From Pecten maximus (lineage: Eukaryota), in contig NC_047018.1 of the NCBI RefSeq assembly GCF_902652985.1, positions 17,670,001 through 17,734,000 of the forward strand: a stretch of 64,000 nt of DNA, written 5' to 3'. Both the position numbers and the translations under genes were made by a program. Shown piece after piece: positions 11,636 to 25,759 of this stretch (position 1 is the first letter of the stretch; every line of letters starts with the position of its first letter). The notes under the pieces were generated by a model. That model was not told the DNA's origin, made no database searches, and saw only the letters and a program-made list of their open reading frames with translations.

Positions 11636-14117
11636 ATGTAATTCCGTTGTATTGATTTAGTATTCCATTGTGTTGATATGGTATTCCATTGTGTTGATAT
11701 GTTATTCCATCGTGTTGATATCGTATTCCATTGTGTTGATTTGGTATTCCATTGTGTTGATATGTAATTCCGTTGTATTGATTTAGTATTCCATTGTGTT
11801 GATATGGTATTCCATTGTGTTGATATGGTATTCCATTGTGTTGATATGTTATTCCATCGTGTTGATATGGTATCCCACTGTGTTGATTTGGTATTCCATC
11901 GTGTTGATTTGGTATTCCATCGTGTTGATTTGGTATTCCATCGTGTTGATATCGTATTCCATTGTGTTGATATCGTATTCCATTGAGTTGATTTGGTATT
12001 CCATCGTGTTGATATGGTATTCCACTGTGTTGATTTAGTATTCCATCGTGTTGATATCGTATTCCATTGTGTTGATTTGGTATTCCATTGTGTTGATATG
12101 TTATTCCATTGTGTTGATTTAGTATTCCATTGTGTTGATTTGGTATTCCATTGTGTTGATATCGTATTCCATCGTGTTGATTTGGTATTCCATTGTGTTG
12201 ATATGTTATTCCATTGTGTTGATTTGTTATTCCATTGTGTTGATTTAGTATTCCATTGTGTTGATTTGGTATTCCATTGTGTTGATATATTATTCCATCG
12301 TGTTGATATCGTATTCTATTGTGTTGATACAGTATGTTATTCCATTATGTTGATTTAGTATTTCATCGTGTTCATATGGTATTCCATCGTGTTGATATGG
12401 TATTCCATTGTGTTGATATGTTATTCCATTGTGTTGATATGTTATTCCATTGTGTTGATATGTTATTCCATCGTGTTGAAATTGTATTCCATCGTGTTGA
12501 TTTGGTATTCCATCGTGTTGATTTGGTATTCCATCGTGTTGATATGATATTCCATTGTGTTGATATCGTATTTCATTGTGTTGATATGTTATTCCATTGT
12601 GTTGATTTAGTATTCCATTGTGTTGATTTAGTATTCCATTGTGTTGATTTGTTTTTCCATTGTGTTGATATGGTATTCCGTCGTGTTGATATGATATTCC
12701 ATTGTGTTGATATCGTATTTCATTGTGTTGATATCGTATTCCATTGTGTTGATTTGGTATTCCATTGTGTTGATTTAGTATTCCATTGTGTTGATTTGTT
12801 TTTCCATTGTGTTGATATGGTATTCCATTGTATTGATTTAGTATTCCATCGTGTTGATTTAGTATTCCATCGTGTTGATTTGGTATTCCATTGTGTTGAT
12901 ATGTTATTCCATTGTGTTGATTTAGTATTCAATCGTGTTGATATGGTATTCCATTGTGTTGATTTGGTATTCCATTGTGTTGATTTAGTATTCCATCGTG
13001 TTGTTATGGTATTCCATTGTGTTGATATGTTATTCCATTGTGTTGATTTAGTATTCCATCGTGTTGATATGATATTCCATTGTGTTGATTTGGTATTCCA
13101 TTGTGTTGATTTAGTATTCCATTGTGCTGATTTGGTATTCCATTGTGTTGATTTAGTATTCAATTGTGTTTATTTGGTCTTCCATCGTGTTGATATCGTA
13201 TTCCATTGTGTTGATATGTTATTCCATTGTGTTGATTTGGTATTCCATTGTGTTGATTTAGTATTCCATTGTGTTGATATGGTATTCCATTGTGTTGATT
13301 TAGTATTCCATTGTGTTGATTTGGTATTCCATTGTGTTGATTTAGTATTCCATTGTGTTGATTTGGTATTCCATTGTGTTGATATGTTATTCCATTGTGT
13401 TGATATGTTATTCCATCGTGTTGATTTGGTATTCCATTGTGTTGATTTAGTATTCAATTGTGTTTATTTGGTCTTCCATCGTGTTGATATCGTATTCCAT
13501 TGTGTTGATATGTAATTCCATTGTGTTGATTTGGTATTCCATTGTGTTGATTTGGTATTCCATTGTGTTGATATGTTATTCCATTGTCTTGATATGGTAT
13601 TCCATTGTGTTGATTTAGTATTCCATTGTGTTGATTTGGTATTCCATTGTGTTGATTTGGTATTCCATTGTGTTGATTTAGTATTCCATTGTGTTGATTT
13701 GGTATTCCATTGTGTTGATATGTTATTCCATTGTGTTGATATGTTATTCCATTGTGTTGATTTAGTATTCCATTGTGTTGATATGTTATTCCATTGTGTT
13801 GATTTAGTATTCCATTGTGTTGATATGGTATTCCATTGTGTTGATTTATTATTCCATTGTGTTGATTTGGTATTCCATTGTGTTGATATGTTATTCCATT
13901 GTGTTGATTTAGTATTCCATTGTGTTGATTTAGTATTCCATTGTGTTGATTTGGTATTCCATTGTGTTGATTTGGTATTCCATTGTGTTGATATGGTATT
14001 CCATTGTGTTGATTTAGTATTCCATTGTGTTGATTTAGTATTCCATTGTGTTGATTTGGTATTCCATTGTGTTGATTTGGTATTCCATTGTGTTGATTTG
14101 GTATTCCATTGTGTTTA
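11636..14117. repeat. Satellite, 21-bp unit, ~118 copies
   Basis: gtattccattgtgttgatttg. The long ORFs here are translation artefacts. Confidence 0.97.
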
Positions 14118-14339
14118 TATCATATCATAACCTGTCGATATCGTGTTAGTAATCCATCAGGTTGATATAGGGGTTGACGTCTGTTTCTTGGCACTCTGGA
14201 GGAGCATTCGGAATAGCAGAGTAGCCGTCTTTATTAACGTAATGGAGGCGCCTCCGGAAGGGCGAAGGAGCAGACGGAATTATTTTATTTGTGAGTTTTC
14301 GGAATGGAGATATAAAATGAAGCTGAGGATGAAACGAAG

Positions 14340-15460
14340 GGAGTGTGACAGTGGCCTGGATGTCGAACCGGAGAGTGTGTGACAGTGGCCTGGATGTCGA
14401 ACCGGAGAGTGTGTGACAGTGGCCTGGAGGTCAAAACGAACAGTGTGTGTCAATGGCCTAAATGTCAAAACGGAGGTGTGTGACGGGGGCCTGGATGTCA
14501 AAACGGAGGTGTGTGACGGGGGCCTGGATGTCGAAACGGAGGTGTGTGACGGGAGCCTGGAGGTCAAAACAGAGAGTGTGTGACGGGGGCCTGGAGGTCG
14601 AACCGGAGAGTTTGTGACAGTGACCTGGATGTCGAAACGGAGGTTGTGTGACAGTGGCCTAAATGTCAAAACGGAGGGTGTGTGACAGTGGCCTGGATGT
14701 TGAAACGGAGAGTTTGTGACAGTGACCTGGATGTCGAAACGGAGGTTGTGTGACAGTGGCCTAAATGTCAAAACGGAGGGTGTGTGACAGTGGCCTGGAT
14801 GTTGAAACGGAGAGTGTGTGACAGTGACCTGGATGTCGAAACGGAGGGTGTGTGAAAGTGGCCTGGATGTCGCAACAGAGGTGTGTGACAGTGGTTTGGA
14901 TGTTGAAACGGAGGTTTGTGACAGTGGCCTCAATGTCAAAACGTAGAGTGTGTGACAATGGCCTGGATGTCAAAACGGAGAGTGTTTGGCAGTGGTCTGG
15001 ATGTTGAAACGGAGAGTGTGTGACAGTGACCTGGATGTCGAAACGGAGGGTGTGTGACAATGGCCTGGATGTCGCAACAGAGGTGTGTGACAGTGGCCTG
15101 GATGTCGAACCGGAGGGTTTGTGAAAATGGCCTGGATGTCAACACGGAGGTGTGTGACAGTGGCCTGGATGTTAAAACGGAGGTGTGTGACAGTGGCCTG
15201 GATGTCAACACGGAGAGTGTGTGAAAATGGCCTGGATGTCGAAACGGAGAGTGCGTGACAGTGGCCTCGATGTCAAAACGGATGGTGTGTTACAGTGGCC
15301 TGCATGACGAAACGGAGAGTGTGTGACAGTGGCCTAAATGTCAAAACGGAGAGTGTGTGACAGTGGCCTGGATGTCGAAACGGAGGTGTGTGACAGTGGC
15401 CTGGATGTCAAAACGGAGGGTGTGTGACAATGGTCTGGATTTTGAAACGGAGAGTGTGTC
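14340..15460. repeat. Minisatellite, 36-38-bp unit
   Basis: gagtgtgtgacagtggcctggatgtcgaaacg variants. Confidence 0.95.
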
Positions 15461-15662
15461 ACGCTTTGTGTTTGTTACTGTGCTGTTCTGTATTTTGACT
15501 ATTCGATTTGGTGAGTTGGAGTTATACAACATCGTGAACTCGATTTTATGTCTGTCCCTTCATTCACCTGGCGACTGCATCACATCGTCCTCCGTGACCA
15601 ATGATAATTTCGCCCTTAACAGTTTGGACAGGCCTAGACGACAGCACATGCGTCGTCTATGT

Positions 15663-18600
15663 CGTACTAGACACAAGGTAATGTGACCCCGATAGTATTA
15701 GACACAGGGTAATGTGATCCCGATAGTACTAGACACAAGGTAATGTGATCCCGATAGTACTAGACACAAGGTAATGTGATCCCGATAGTACTAGACACAA
15801 GGTAATGTGATCCCGATAGTACTAGACACAAGGTAATGTGACCCCGATAGTACTAGACACAAGGTAATGTGACCCCGATAGTACTAGACACAAGGTAATG
15901 TGACCCCGATAGTACTAGACACAAGGTAATGTGACCCCGATAGTACTAGACACAAGGTAATGTGATCCCGATAGTACTAGACACAAGGTAATGTGATCCC
16001 GATAGTACTAGACACAAGGTAATGTGATTCCGATAGTACTAGACACAGGGTAATGTGATCCCGATAGTACTAGACACAAGGTAATGTGATCCCGATAGTA
16101 CTAGACACAAGGTAATGTGATCCCGATAGTACTAGACACAAGGTAATGTGACCCCGATAGTACTAGACACAAGGTAATGTGATCCCGATAGTATTAGACA
16201 CAGGGTAATGTGATCCCGATAGTATTAGACACAGGGTAATGTGACCCCGATAGTACCAGACACAAGGTAATGTGATCCCGATAGTACTAGACACAGGGTA
16301 ATGTGACCCCGATAGTACTAGACACGAGGTAATGTGACCCCGATAGTACTAGACACAGGTAATGTGATCCCGATAGTACTAGACACAAGGTAATGTGATC
16401 CCGATAGTACTAGACACAGGGTAATGTGATCCCGATAGTACTAGACACAGGGTAATGTGATCCCGATAGTACTAGACACAAGATAATGTGATCCCGATAG
16501 TACTAAACACAAGGTAATGTGATCCCGATAGTACTAGACACAAGGTAATGTGATCCCGATAGTACTAGACAACAGATAATGTGATCCCGATAGTACTAGA
16601 CACAGGGTAATGTGATCCCGATAGTATTAGACACAAGGTAATGTGATCCCGATAGTACTAGACACAAGGTAATGTGATCCCGATAGTACTAGACACAAGG
16701 TAATGTGATCCCGATAGTACTAGACACAGGGTAATGTGATCCCGATAGTACTAGACACAAGATAATGTGATCCCAATAGTACTAAACACAAGGTAATGTG
16801 ATCCCGATAGTACTAGACACAAGGTAATGTGATCCCGATAGGACTAGACACAGTGTAATGTGACCCCGATAGTATTAGACACAGGGTAATGTGACCCCGA
16901 TAGTACTTGACACATGGAAATGTGATCCCGATAGTACTAGACACAAAGTAATGTGATCCCGATAGTACTAGACACAAAGTAATGTGATCCCGATAGTACT
17001 AGACACAAGGTAATGTGATCCCGATAGTACTAGAAACAAGGTAATGTGATCCCGATAGTACTAGACACAGGGTAATGTGATCCCGATAGTACTAGACACA
17101 AGGTAATGTGATCCCGATAGTACTAGACACAAGGTAATGTGACCTCGATAGTACTAGACACGAGGTAATGTGATCCCGATAGTACTAGACACAAGGTAAT
17201 GTGATCCCGATAGTACTAGACACAAGTAATGTGATCCCGATAGTACTAGACACAAGGTAATGTGATCCCGATAGTACTAGACACAAGGTAATGTGATCCC
17301 GATAGTACTAGAAACAAGGTAGTGTGATCCCGATAGTACTAGACACAAGGTAATGTGATCCCGATATTACTAGACACAAGATAATGTGATCCCGATAGTA
17401 CTAGACACAAGGTAATGTGATCCCGATAGTACTAGATATAAGGTAATGTGATCCCGATAGTACTAGAAACAAGGTAATGTGATCCCGATAGTACTAGACA
17501 CAAGGTAGTGTGATCCCGATAGTACTAGACACAAGGTAATGTGATCCCGATAGTACTAGACACAAAGTAATATGATCCCGATAGTACTAGACACAAGGTA
17601 TTGTGATCCCGATAGTACTAGACACAAGGTAATGTGATCCCGATAGTACTAGACACAGGGTAATGTGATCCCGATAGTACTAGACACAAGGTAATGTGAT
17701 CCCGATAGTACTAGACACAAGGTAATGTGATCCCGATAGTACTAGACACAAGGTAATGTGATCCCGATAGTACTAGACACGAGGTAATGTGATCCCGATA
17801 GTACTAGACACAAGGTAATGTGATCCCGATAGTACTAGACACAAGGTAATGTGATCCCGATAGTACTAGACACAAGGTAATGTGATCCCGATAGTACTAG
17901 ACACAGGGTAATGTGATCCCGATAGTACTAGACACAAGGTAATGTGATCCCGATAGTACTAGACACAGGGTAATGTGACCCCGATAGTACTAGACACAAG
18001 GTAATGTGATCCCGATAGTACTAGACACAAGGTAATGTGATCCCGATAGTACTAGACACAAGGTAATGTGATCCCGATAGTACTAGACACAGGGTAATGT
18101 GACCCCGATAGTACTAGACACAAGGTAATGTGATCCCGATAGTACTAGACACAAGGTAATGTGATCCCGATAGTACTAGACACAAGGTAATGTGACCCCG
18201 ATAGTACTAGACACAAGGTAATGTGATCCCGATAGTACTAGAAACAAGGTAATGTGATCCCGATAGTACTTGACACAAGGTAATGTGATCCCGATAGTAC
18301 TAGACACGAGGTAATGTGTCCCCGATAGTATTAGACACAGGGTAATGTGACCCCGATAGTACTAGACACAGTGTAATGTGACCCCGATAGTATTAGACAC
18401 AGGGTAATGTGACCCCGATAGTATTAGATACAAGGTAATGTGATCCCGATAGTACTAGACACAGGTAATGTGACCCCGATAGTATTAGACACAGGGTAAT
18501 GTGATCCCGATAGTACTAGACACAAGGTAATGTGATCCCGATAGTTCTAGAAACAAGGTAATGTGATCCCGATAGTACTAGAAACAAGGTAATGTGATCC

Positions 18601-18762
18601 CGATAGTACTAGAAACAAGGTAATGTGATCCCGATAGTACTAGACACAAGGTAATGTGATCCCGATAGTACTAGACATAAGGTAATGTGACCCCGATAGG
18701 TACCAGACACAAGGTAATGTGACCCCGATAGTACTAGACACAAAGCAGTGTGACCCCGATAG
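15663..18762. repeat. Satellite, 31-bp unit, ~100 copies
   Basis: gtactagacacaaggtaatgtgatcccgata; highly homogeneous. Confidence 0.97.
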
Positions 18763-21333
18763 TGCCTAAGTACCGCACGAGTGTGTTGGGAGGTAGCTAC
18801 CGGGGAGACCTAATGGCCATACTAAAACACAAAGTTTGTCACATATATCAACGTATCTAATATTTTGATTTTTTCCCATTCATATCATTTTTTCATTGAT
18901 CAAATAGAACTTAAACAAATAACATCAAACAAAAATGACACATTTTATGTTTGGTTTATGTTTTATTTTTATTATTTTTTTCCCTACTGTTATGATTATG
19001 TGGCAAATTATCTAATATTTTGATTTTTTTCCAATTCATATCATTGTTTTAATGTCATATTATCACGCATCTAGGCCGAATACACTGTCTGTTTCAGTTG
19101 ATTTTTTATCATTCTCTTTCCACTCTCAACTATTTCATGTGTACAATTGTGCAGGACATCTTATACACGTGAGCTCTATTTTTCCTGCTCATCTTGTAAC
19201 ATAATTAGCTTGTAAATGGACATGTTCTACTAACAATGCATTTGTATGTGGTATATACACGCGTGGGAATATATATGAGAAATGGAAACTTTGTCACGTA
19301 AACCCTGACCTTGTATTGCTGTGTACGGCTACACAATACATACAGGAAACACAATAACTAAATGAGGGGGTTAAAAAGCTTGTGTATGGGCGGTTTCTTA
19401 TTTCATGATGAAACGTGTTTTGCATGCCAGCTGTTTTCCTTTGTATTTTAACAAGTACGATCATTTATATTCTAACATTAGCGATTTGAATTTAGATTTG
19501 TCGTTTTAAATAGAGTTGGTAGAGACCTGCTCACAGTTAGTCACAATACACACATACGTACATTAACTTAGAGACGCAGACGTTCAGAAATAACTATAGA
19601 TATTGCTTATTTATTATGAGATATATGAAATACATTGATTGTTTTCGTTTATTTTACAAGCCCGAAGCAGGTTATATAATATTTTCTGTCTATTTTATTC
19701 CAAAAAGGCTATATTTATCTACCCGTCTATCGAACACTGGGGAATGTCTCGAAAACGATTTTTGGAAATCTGTACATGTGTTAATTTTTTTTAAATCTCA
19801 ATTGGATGCTTTTTAACTTGCACTGTCAGCTTTAAGAAACAAAACACGGTCACTGCCAATCATACTTCCTGACAGAAGAAAGCACATATGTGATACATAA
19901 AGTATCATGTTTGTAGCTCGATGACTAAATTTATAAACTACTAATATATTCATGACGCTTAACAGTCATACCGATTAGCTCGATCATAATAAAGAAATTT
20001 ATAATGTTGAAAGTCCAATAAGGTCTAAAATAATGTTTAAATTGTGGATTAGGAATAGCTTCGTCTGATACCAAGGTCAAACACAACCTAAATTGTTCAT
20101 AAACTGCGTCCAAACTAGTTTTTTAGTTAAAAGTAATTTGTATGTAATCAAATTATCCTCATTTTCCATATATCATGCAATGGTACTACTTGTGTCTAGA
20201 ATATTTGCTTCGTGATACGCGATGTCAAAGTCAAAACTTGTTGTAATAGGTAGATATTTGCGACGGTAGATTGATCGATGATGTTATAAACTATAGCGTT
20301 GTTTCACATGATCTGAACGTGTGTTTTGGTCCCGAACACATATGTACTGTATACCTAGTTTATTCACCACTCAATTCAATTCAATTCAATTCATTTTATT
20401 ACTTTTGGCTTGACAGCCAATCAGTGGTGTACAAAACATATTACATAATACTCAGACTAATGGCATTGCTGACGTCAATTAGTGTACTCGCTTTCTGCTT
20501 TGCTAAGTGGTAGTTAGGATCTTCAAGGATGTGCGTGTTAAAATCGCCAGCTTCAGTGACTTTCCCTCTCTGATCATAAATAGTTAAAACATCACATAGG
20601 TAATGTATGGTATCCCTGTACTTATTGAACTCACTGCTGCTTTGCATGTACAAAATATATATATAAAGGTATGATGAAATTGTTTCCATATACTTCCATA
20701 GCTGTGTCTGCATGCTATCTAAGGCGTCTGATTCCGGTTAATACTATTAGAAAAGAATATTAGACTCATTCAACAAGATTTAACACGTGAGGATCCACGA
20801 TTCAGAAGTAGAATTGATTGGTCGACTAGTATTGTTTATGGAGTTGTCAACCAAACAGATTGCTCCCTGCATACCACTCTTAAATATGCAGGCTAATTTC
20901 GTTCTACAGTCTCATCTTTAAATCACTGTCATACGACAAAAGAATAGCATGAATTGATATATAAGAATTCTAAACTAAGGTACGTTACTGAAGTTTGCGT
21001 ACATCTGATGTTTTAATTGGGATTGAATTTAATTCAGAGTGAATCGAAGCTCACCCCCACTTCCGGTTTTTCGAGTGTTACAACTTGTTGATAAAGGTAG
21101 GGCTGATATATTTTTTCTATTACTACTAACCAGAAGCAGACGCCTGTGGTTCAATTGAAGCACGCTGACAGATAATATATTGAGTCTTTTGCTTTTAAAT
21201 AGTGAAGCAAACAATTACAAAGTCTGTGTTTTGTAATAGCAATGACATCGCAGTCCGTGTCTTGTAACATTTTGGACAAACATTTGCTCGTACGTTAAAT
21301 GTCATAATTGAGGAAGATATTATCAAACACAAC

Positions 21334-22076
21334 GTTCCTGAGATTGTCGATAGTAGTTCAGATGTAGAAGGTGTGCCTGAGATTGTCGATAGTAGTTCAG
21401 ATGTAGAAGTTGTTCCTGGGATTGTTGATAGTAGTTCAGATGTAGAAGTTGTTCCTGGGATTGTTGATAGTAGTTCAGATGTAGAAGCTGTTCCTGGGAT
21501 TGTTGATAGTAGTTCAGATGTAGAAGCTGTTCCTAAGATTGTTGATAGTAGTTCAGATGTAGAAGCTGTTCCTGGGATTGTTGATAGTAGTTCAGATGTA
21601 GAAGCTGTTCCTAAGATTGTTGATAGTAGTTCAGATGTAGAAGCTGTTCCTGGGATTGTTGATAGTAGTTCACATGTAGAAGCTGTTCCTGGGATTGTTG
21701 ATAGTAGTTCAGATGTAGAAGTTATTCCTGAGATTGTTGATAGTAGTTCAGATGTAGAAGCTGTTCCTGGGATTGTTGATAGTAGTTCACATGTAGAAGT
21801 TGTTCCTGAGATTGTCGATAGTAGTTTAGATGTAGAAGTTGTTCCTGAGATTGTCGGTAGTAGTTCACATGTAGAAGTTGTTCCTGAGATTGTTGATAGT
21901 AGTTCAGATGTAGAAGTTGTTCCTGAGATTGTCGATAGTAGTTCAGATGTAGAAGTTGTTCCTGAGATTGTTGATAGTAGTTCACATGTAGAAGTTGTTC
22001 CTGAGATTGTCGATAGTAGTTTAGATGTAGAAGTTGTTCCTGAGATTGTCGATAGTAGTTCAGATGTAGAAGCTGT
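21334..22076. repeat. Minisatellite, 39-bp unit, ~19 copies
   Basis: gttcctgagattgttgatagtagttcagatgtagaagtt. Confidence 0.95.
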
Positions 22077-22327
22077 AACCTAGCAGTTGTCGTTGCGGTG
22101 TGGATAACAACTCCACGCATTTAAAAAAATCCCGGTTTTAACATTCATTATAGTCTCTGTTAACTTGGTACCGATTAAAGTTTTACGTTCTATAGCTGTC
22201 ATAGTAAATCATTATCATTCGTTTTCTCTCTACCGTTGACGTGTTGTTTTAGATATTCCTGCTATTCTTTATTGCTAAGCCATGGTCTACAAACGACACT
22301 TTCAGGCCAGATATCAGCCTGGTTTAT

Positions 22328-22790
22328 CGATCCATTACTTTGTCTATTATACTGATATGTCTGGTAGTGTATACGATCCATTACTTTGTCTATTATACTG
22401 ATATGGCTGGTAGTGTATACGATCCATTACTTTGTCTATTATACTGGTCTATTATACTGATATGGCTGGTAGTGTATACGATCCATTACTTTGTCTATTA
22501 TACTGGTCTATTATACTGATATGGCTGGTAGTGTATACGATCCATTACTTTGTCTATTATACTGGTCTATTATACTGATATGGCTGGTAGTGTATACGAT
22601 CCATTACTTTGTCTATTATACTGGTCTATTATACTGATATGGCTGGTAGTGTATACGATCCATTACTTTGTCTATTATACTGGTCTATTATACTGATATG
22701 GCTGGTAGTGTATACGATCCATTACTTTGTCTATTATACTGGTCTATTATACTGATATGGCTGGTAGTGTATACGATCCATTACTTTGTC
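22328..22790. repeat. Minisatellite, 59-bp unit
   Basis: gatccattactttgtctattatactggtctattatactgatatggctggtagtgtatac. Confidence 0.95.
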
Positions 22791-24048
22791 CCCTTTGTCT
22801 TGTATATAATCAATCATTCTAGTCCCAGTAGTTTCTGGCCCTATACCGCTTTGGTAATATCTCGCCATGCTTTTGCGTTTGTCGGATGAACAACATTTTT
22901 GCTACCTGTATTCGCGTTGTTGTCATTCAATTATTTGTCAGGCACTGTGATGTTATCCGTAAAACGTTCAGTGTTCTTTGCCCCATTTATATCTGCCGAA
23001 AATGAGTTAAAATTGGTAGATGAGAGCCCCTGCCCGACCTTGTTTTGCGCATATGTCCTTCCACAGAACCACACTGCCAGTCAAAGGTCTTTCCGTACAT
23101 TCTAATTTTGCAATTTAAACATTTTTTCGCGACATTTTGCTAGAATTGTTAATGGGATTATTTTAGCAAAAGTTTGTATGCTGAAAAGAGTTTGATATAA
23201 ATTTCATTTGATAAAAAATTCATTATTTTCTGTTGTGATTTATTTGAGAAATTCAAATTTATTTGACGATATGAATTTTTGTTACGACATTTTGATTATA
23301 ATTTGGTTAAGGGTCATCTATAAAAAAAAAATAATGTTGAATTTCAAACAACGATTACTTTATAAAAGAAAATGCGCAAAAATAGTGATGAAATATACCA
23401 AATGTTTGTTAGGACATGTAGTGTGTTACAGTTACAAAGAATTGGCTGTAGATGCTATCACTTTCTTCTATAGTAACTTTGTGGTAAGATGTAGCAGCGA
23501 ATAATTCTGAGTCACACAAATGAGGAAACCTGAAAAACAACCAAGCTGCTATGCTTAAAATGTCTATAGCAGAGGGAAGGAGTATTTGTTTGACCGAATT
23601 CGACTTTATACGTATAAACACTTATTTTGTTTTGATCTTGAAATGGAGTTGGAGGTTGTGAATAACATAACACAAATATGGCATAAAGCTAGGCATTTCA
23701 ATCAATAAAAATGTTCCTATATCACACCACACTTATAGGATATCTGATCGTAGTAAGAAGGGCCTTTTAAGTCAAATTGTTAAACTGGTGAGTTTGTTAC
23801 CACTTTATGTGAATTATTCACGACTGCCATTTGCATTTCATGGTCAAAATAAAAATGGTCTTTATATGTATTATAAAGTAAACTCTGGTCAAACTAATGC
23901 TCCTTTGTTGTGCTTTAGACACTTGTAAACAAAACGACATGGCTATTCTGTAATTATTTACCCCTGATCATGCATTTTTCATGTTTTGGTGAAATTTACA
24001 AATCATCTTAACAAATTACATGCAAACAGCAATTAAGCTCCTCTACGA

Positions 24049-24268
24049 GGGGCCGCGGTGGCCGAGTGGTTAAGGTGTACCGACACTTTATCACTAGCCC
24101 TCCACCACTAGGTTGCAAGTTCGAAACCTACGTGGGGCAGTTGCCAGGTACTGACCGTAGGCCGGTGGTTTTTCTCCGGGTACTCCAGCTTTCCTCCACC
24201 TCTAAAACCTGGCACGTCCTTAAATGACCCTGGCTGTTAATAGGACGTTAAACAAAAACTAATCAAAC
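24049..24268 (+). mobile_element. tRNA-derived SINE, copy 2, nested in the Kolobok-like element
   Basis: Same family as 11206-11420. Absent from the matching position of the 29420-30435 copy. Confidence 0.9.
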
Positions 24269-24730
24269 CACGGTTTGCCATGATACATACTAATAGCCCA
24301 TCAAATTATTTCTGATAAATTGCACAATAGTCGGAATTTAGGTAGCACACTACAATAAGACAGCCTGGCCATGGGAGATTTTTTTGTTAAGCAAATAACT
24401 CCTATATACACAAAAAAATGAGAAAAAAAAATAAATGTACTCTATAATTGGTATATTCATTATGAAGTAGTAATACAGGCTTCACATTTGTTAAAACTAA
24501 AATAAATAGATTGGTTCCGGATTTTGAATTTCCGGATTTTTCGAAAGTGTGTTTATCCAGGAAATGGAGACTCCTAATCAAGGTAAGAAAACTTATGTAC
24601 AACAATGATCAAGATTAATTCTGTCCTAGGGATAGATATATCTAATTTCAAAAAGGTTTCAGAAAAAAAAAAAAAAAAATGTGTAGATAATTGCGTCATT
24701 TTGGGTCAAATATAATATTTTGCAATTTTT

Positions 24731-25190
24731 AGAGACCAACCAACCAATTGTTTTCCCATAGACTCTATTGTTAACGTTTTGGAGTATTTCATTCAAATTC
24801 TTGAATTCAATATGACAATTATGGTTTATAACAAAAGTTTAGGGTCTGATATAACACCTAATAAAAAAAAAGTTGGGTCCTTTAGCTCAAATTTTCTCTA
24901 GGGTAGCCATTTTGAAAATGGGTGAATTTCGCAGTAAAAATTCTCAAAAATCTTAAATGTTTACCTGTTAATTGTTATTACCTGAACTTTTGGGGAAAAA
25001 ATAAATCGCACTTACGAAATAAATATCAACATTTCTTATTGATAGGTACCTATCAGGCTACATATCTATTTTCTCGCTTCATAACATACTGACTAATCAG
25101 TGGCTGCCAGACATTTTATCCTTGGCTCAACTTTCTATTCACTGGGGCTGTTTCCAAAGTCTATTTTTTTCAATTGGTTGGTTGTTCCCC
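24731..25190. mobile_element. MITE-like segment
   Basis: Inverted ends accaaccaattg...atagact / agtctat...caattggttggt. No clear TSD. Confidence 0.4.
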
Positions 25191-25759
25191 ATAACCTGTT
25201 TTAAATTGTTACCATGGTATTCGCAGCTTAAAAAACATAGAAAAAGTAAGTTAACTTATCCTTCAGAGTTGTATTAAGATTGCAAATTTCGGATAGATTA
25301 CAAATAAATATACCTTATTAGAGGTTATATGTAGGGTTAACTGGGAATGTTTACAACATGTACCATATTTTACAGAATTGGGCATTTTTACTGTACATTG
25401 CTATCTTATAGGCGTGTAAAATACCACTGATTTGACTGCATTTTCTGTTTATATGCCCCTTAATAAATGATGACGGTGCCACGGGAAATTTGATTTGTTT
25501 TTACTTTTAATTCCTACTTTTATACCAGGTACAGTGTATTATGTATCGAATTTTTTTCTGAGAATGTCTAGATATTTCTTCTACATAGAAAATGTCTAGA
25601 AATTGCTTTTTCAACAAACAAAATTTCAATAAGATACAACAATGAATGAAGGTAGGGCAAGTGATTGAAAAAAAAATACAAAGAAATTGTAGCAGAGTAG
25701 TTTCTGCGGAAAGACTGTGCAATCACAACGTTAGTATCACTAGTCTCATACGCATGTTC

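Larger units (their letters stand above)
20371..23110 (-). mobile_element. Decayed, internally deleted LINE (ORF1 remnant, APE endonuclease remnant, 3' tail) interrupted by two tandem arrays
   Basis: On the minus strand: ARYYQSGIGPETTGTRMIDYIQDKG (~22870-22790), IWPESVVCRPWLS (~22310-22275), GKVTEAGDFNTHI (~20570-20530), and an aataaaa(tgaat)n tail at 20400-20371. Confidence 0.55.
23311..25459. mobile_element. Non-autonomous Kolobok-like DNA element, copy 1, with nested insertions
   Basis: TTAA on both sides (23307-23310, 25460-25463). Termini GGGTCATCTA...TATATGCCCC. Body is homologous to 29420-30435. Confidence 0.7.

Noticed and set aside
11796-14130. Long ORFs (393 aa, 199 aa) of VFHCVDL repeats
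   Set aside because: Translation of a 21-bp satellite whose unit is divisible by three; no splice or domain context.
15663-18762. CRISPR-like appearance of the 31-bp and 29-bp (57110-57988) repeats
   Set aside because: Head-to-tail units without unique spacers, no cas genes, and eukaryotic context.
21373-22083. 236-aa acidic repeat ORF (possible biomineral or mucin-like protein)
   Set aside because: Coincides exactly with a 39-bp minisatellite, has no ATG start or splice support, and lies within LINE remnants.
24049-24140. Functional tRNA genes at the SINE heads
   Set aside because: They continue into the SINE body and tail, lack a proper acceptor stem, and two of the three copies show TSDs.
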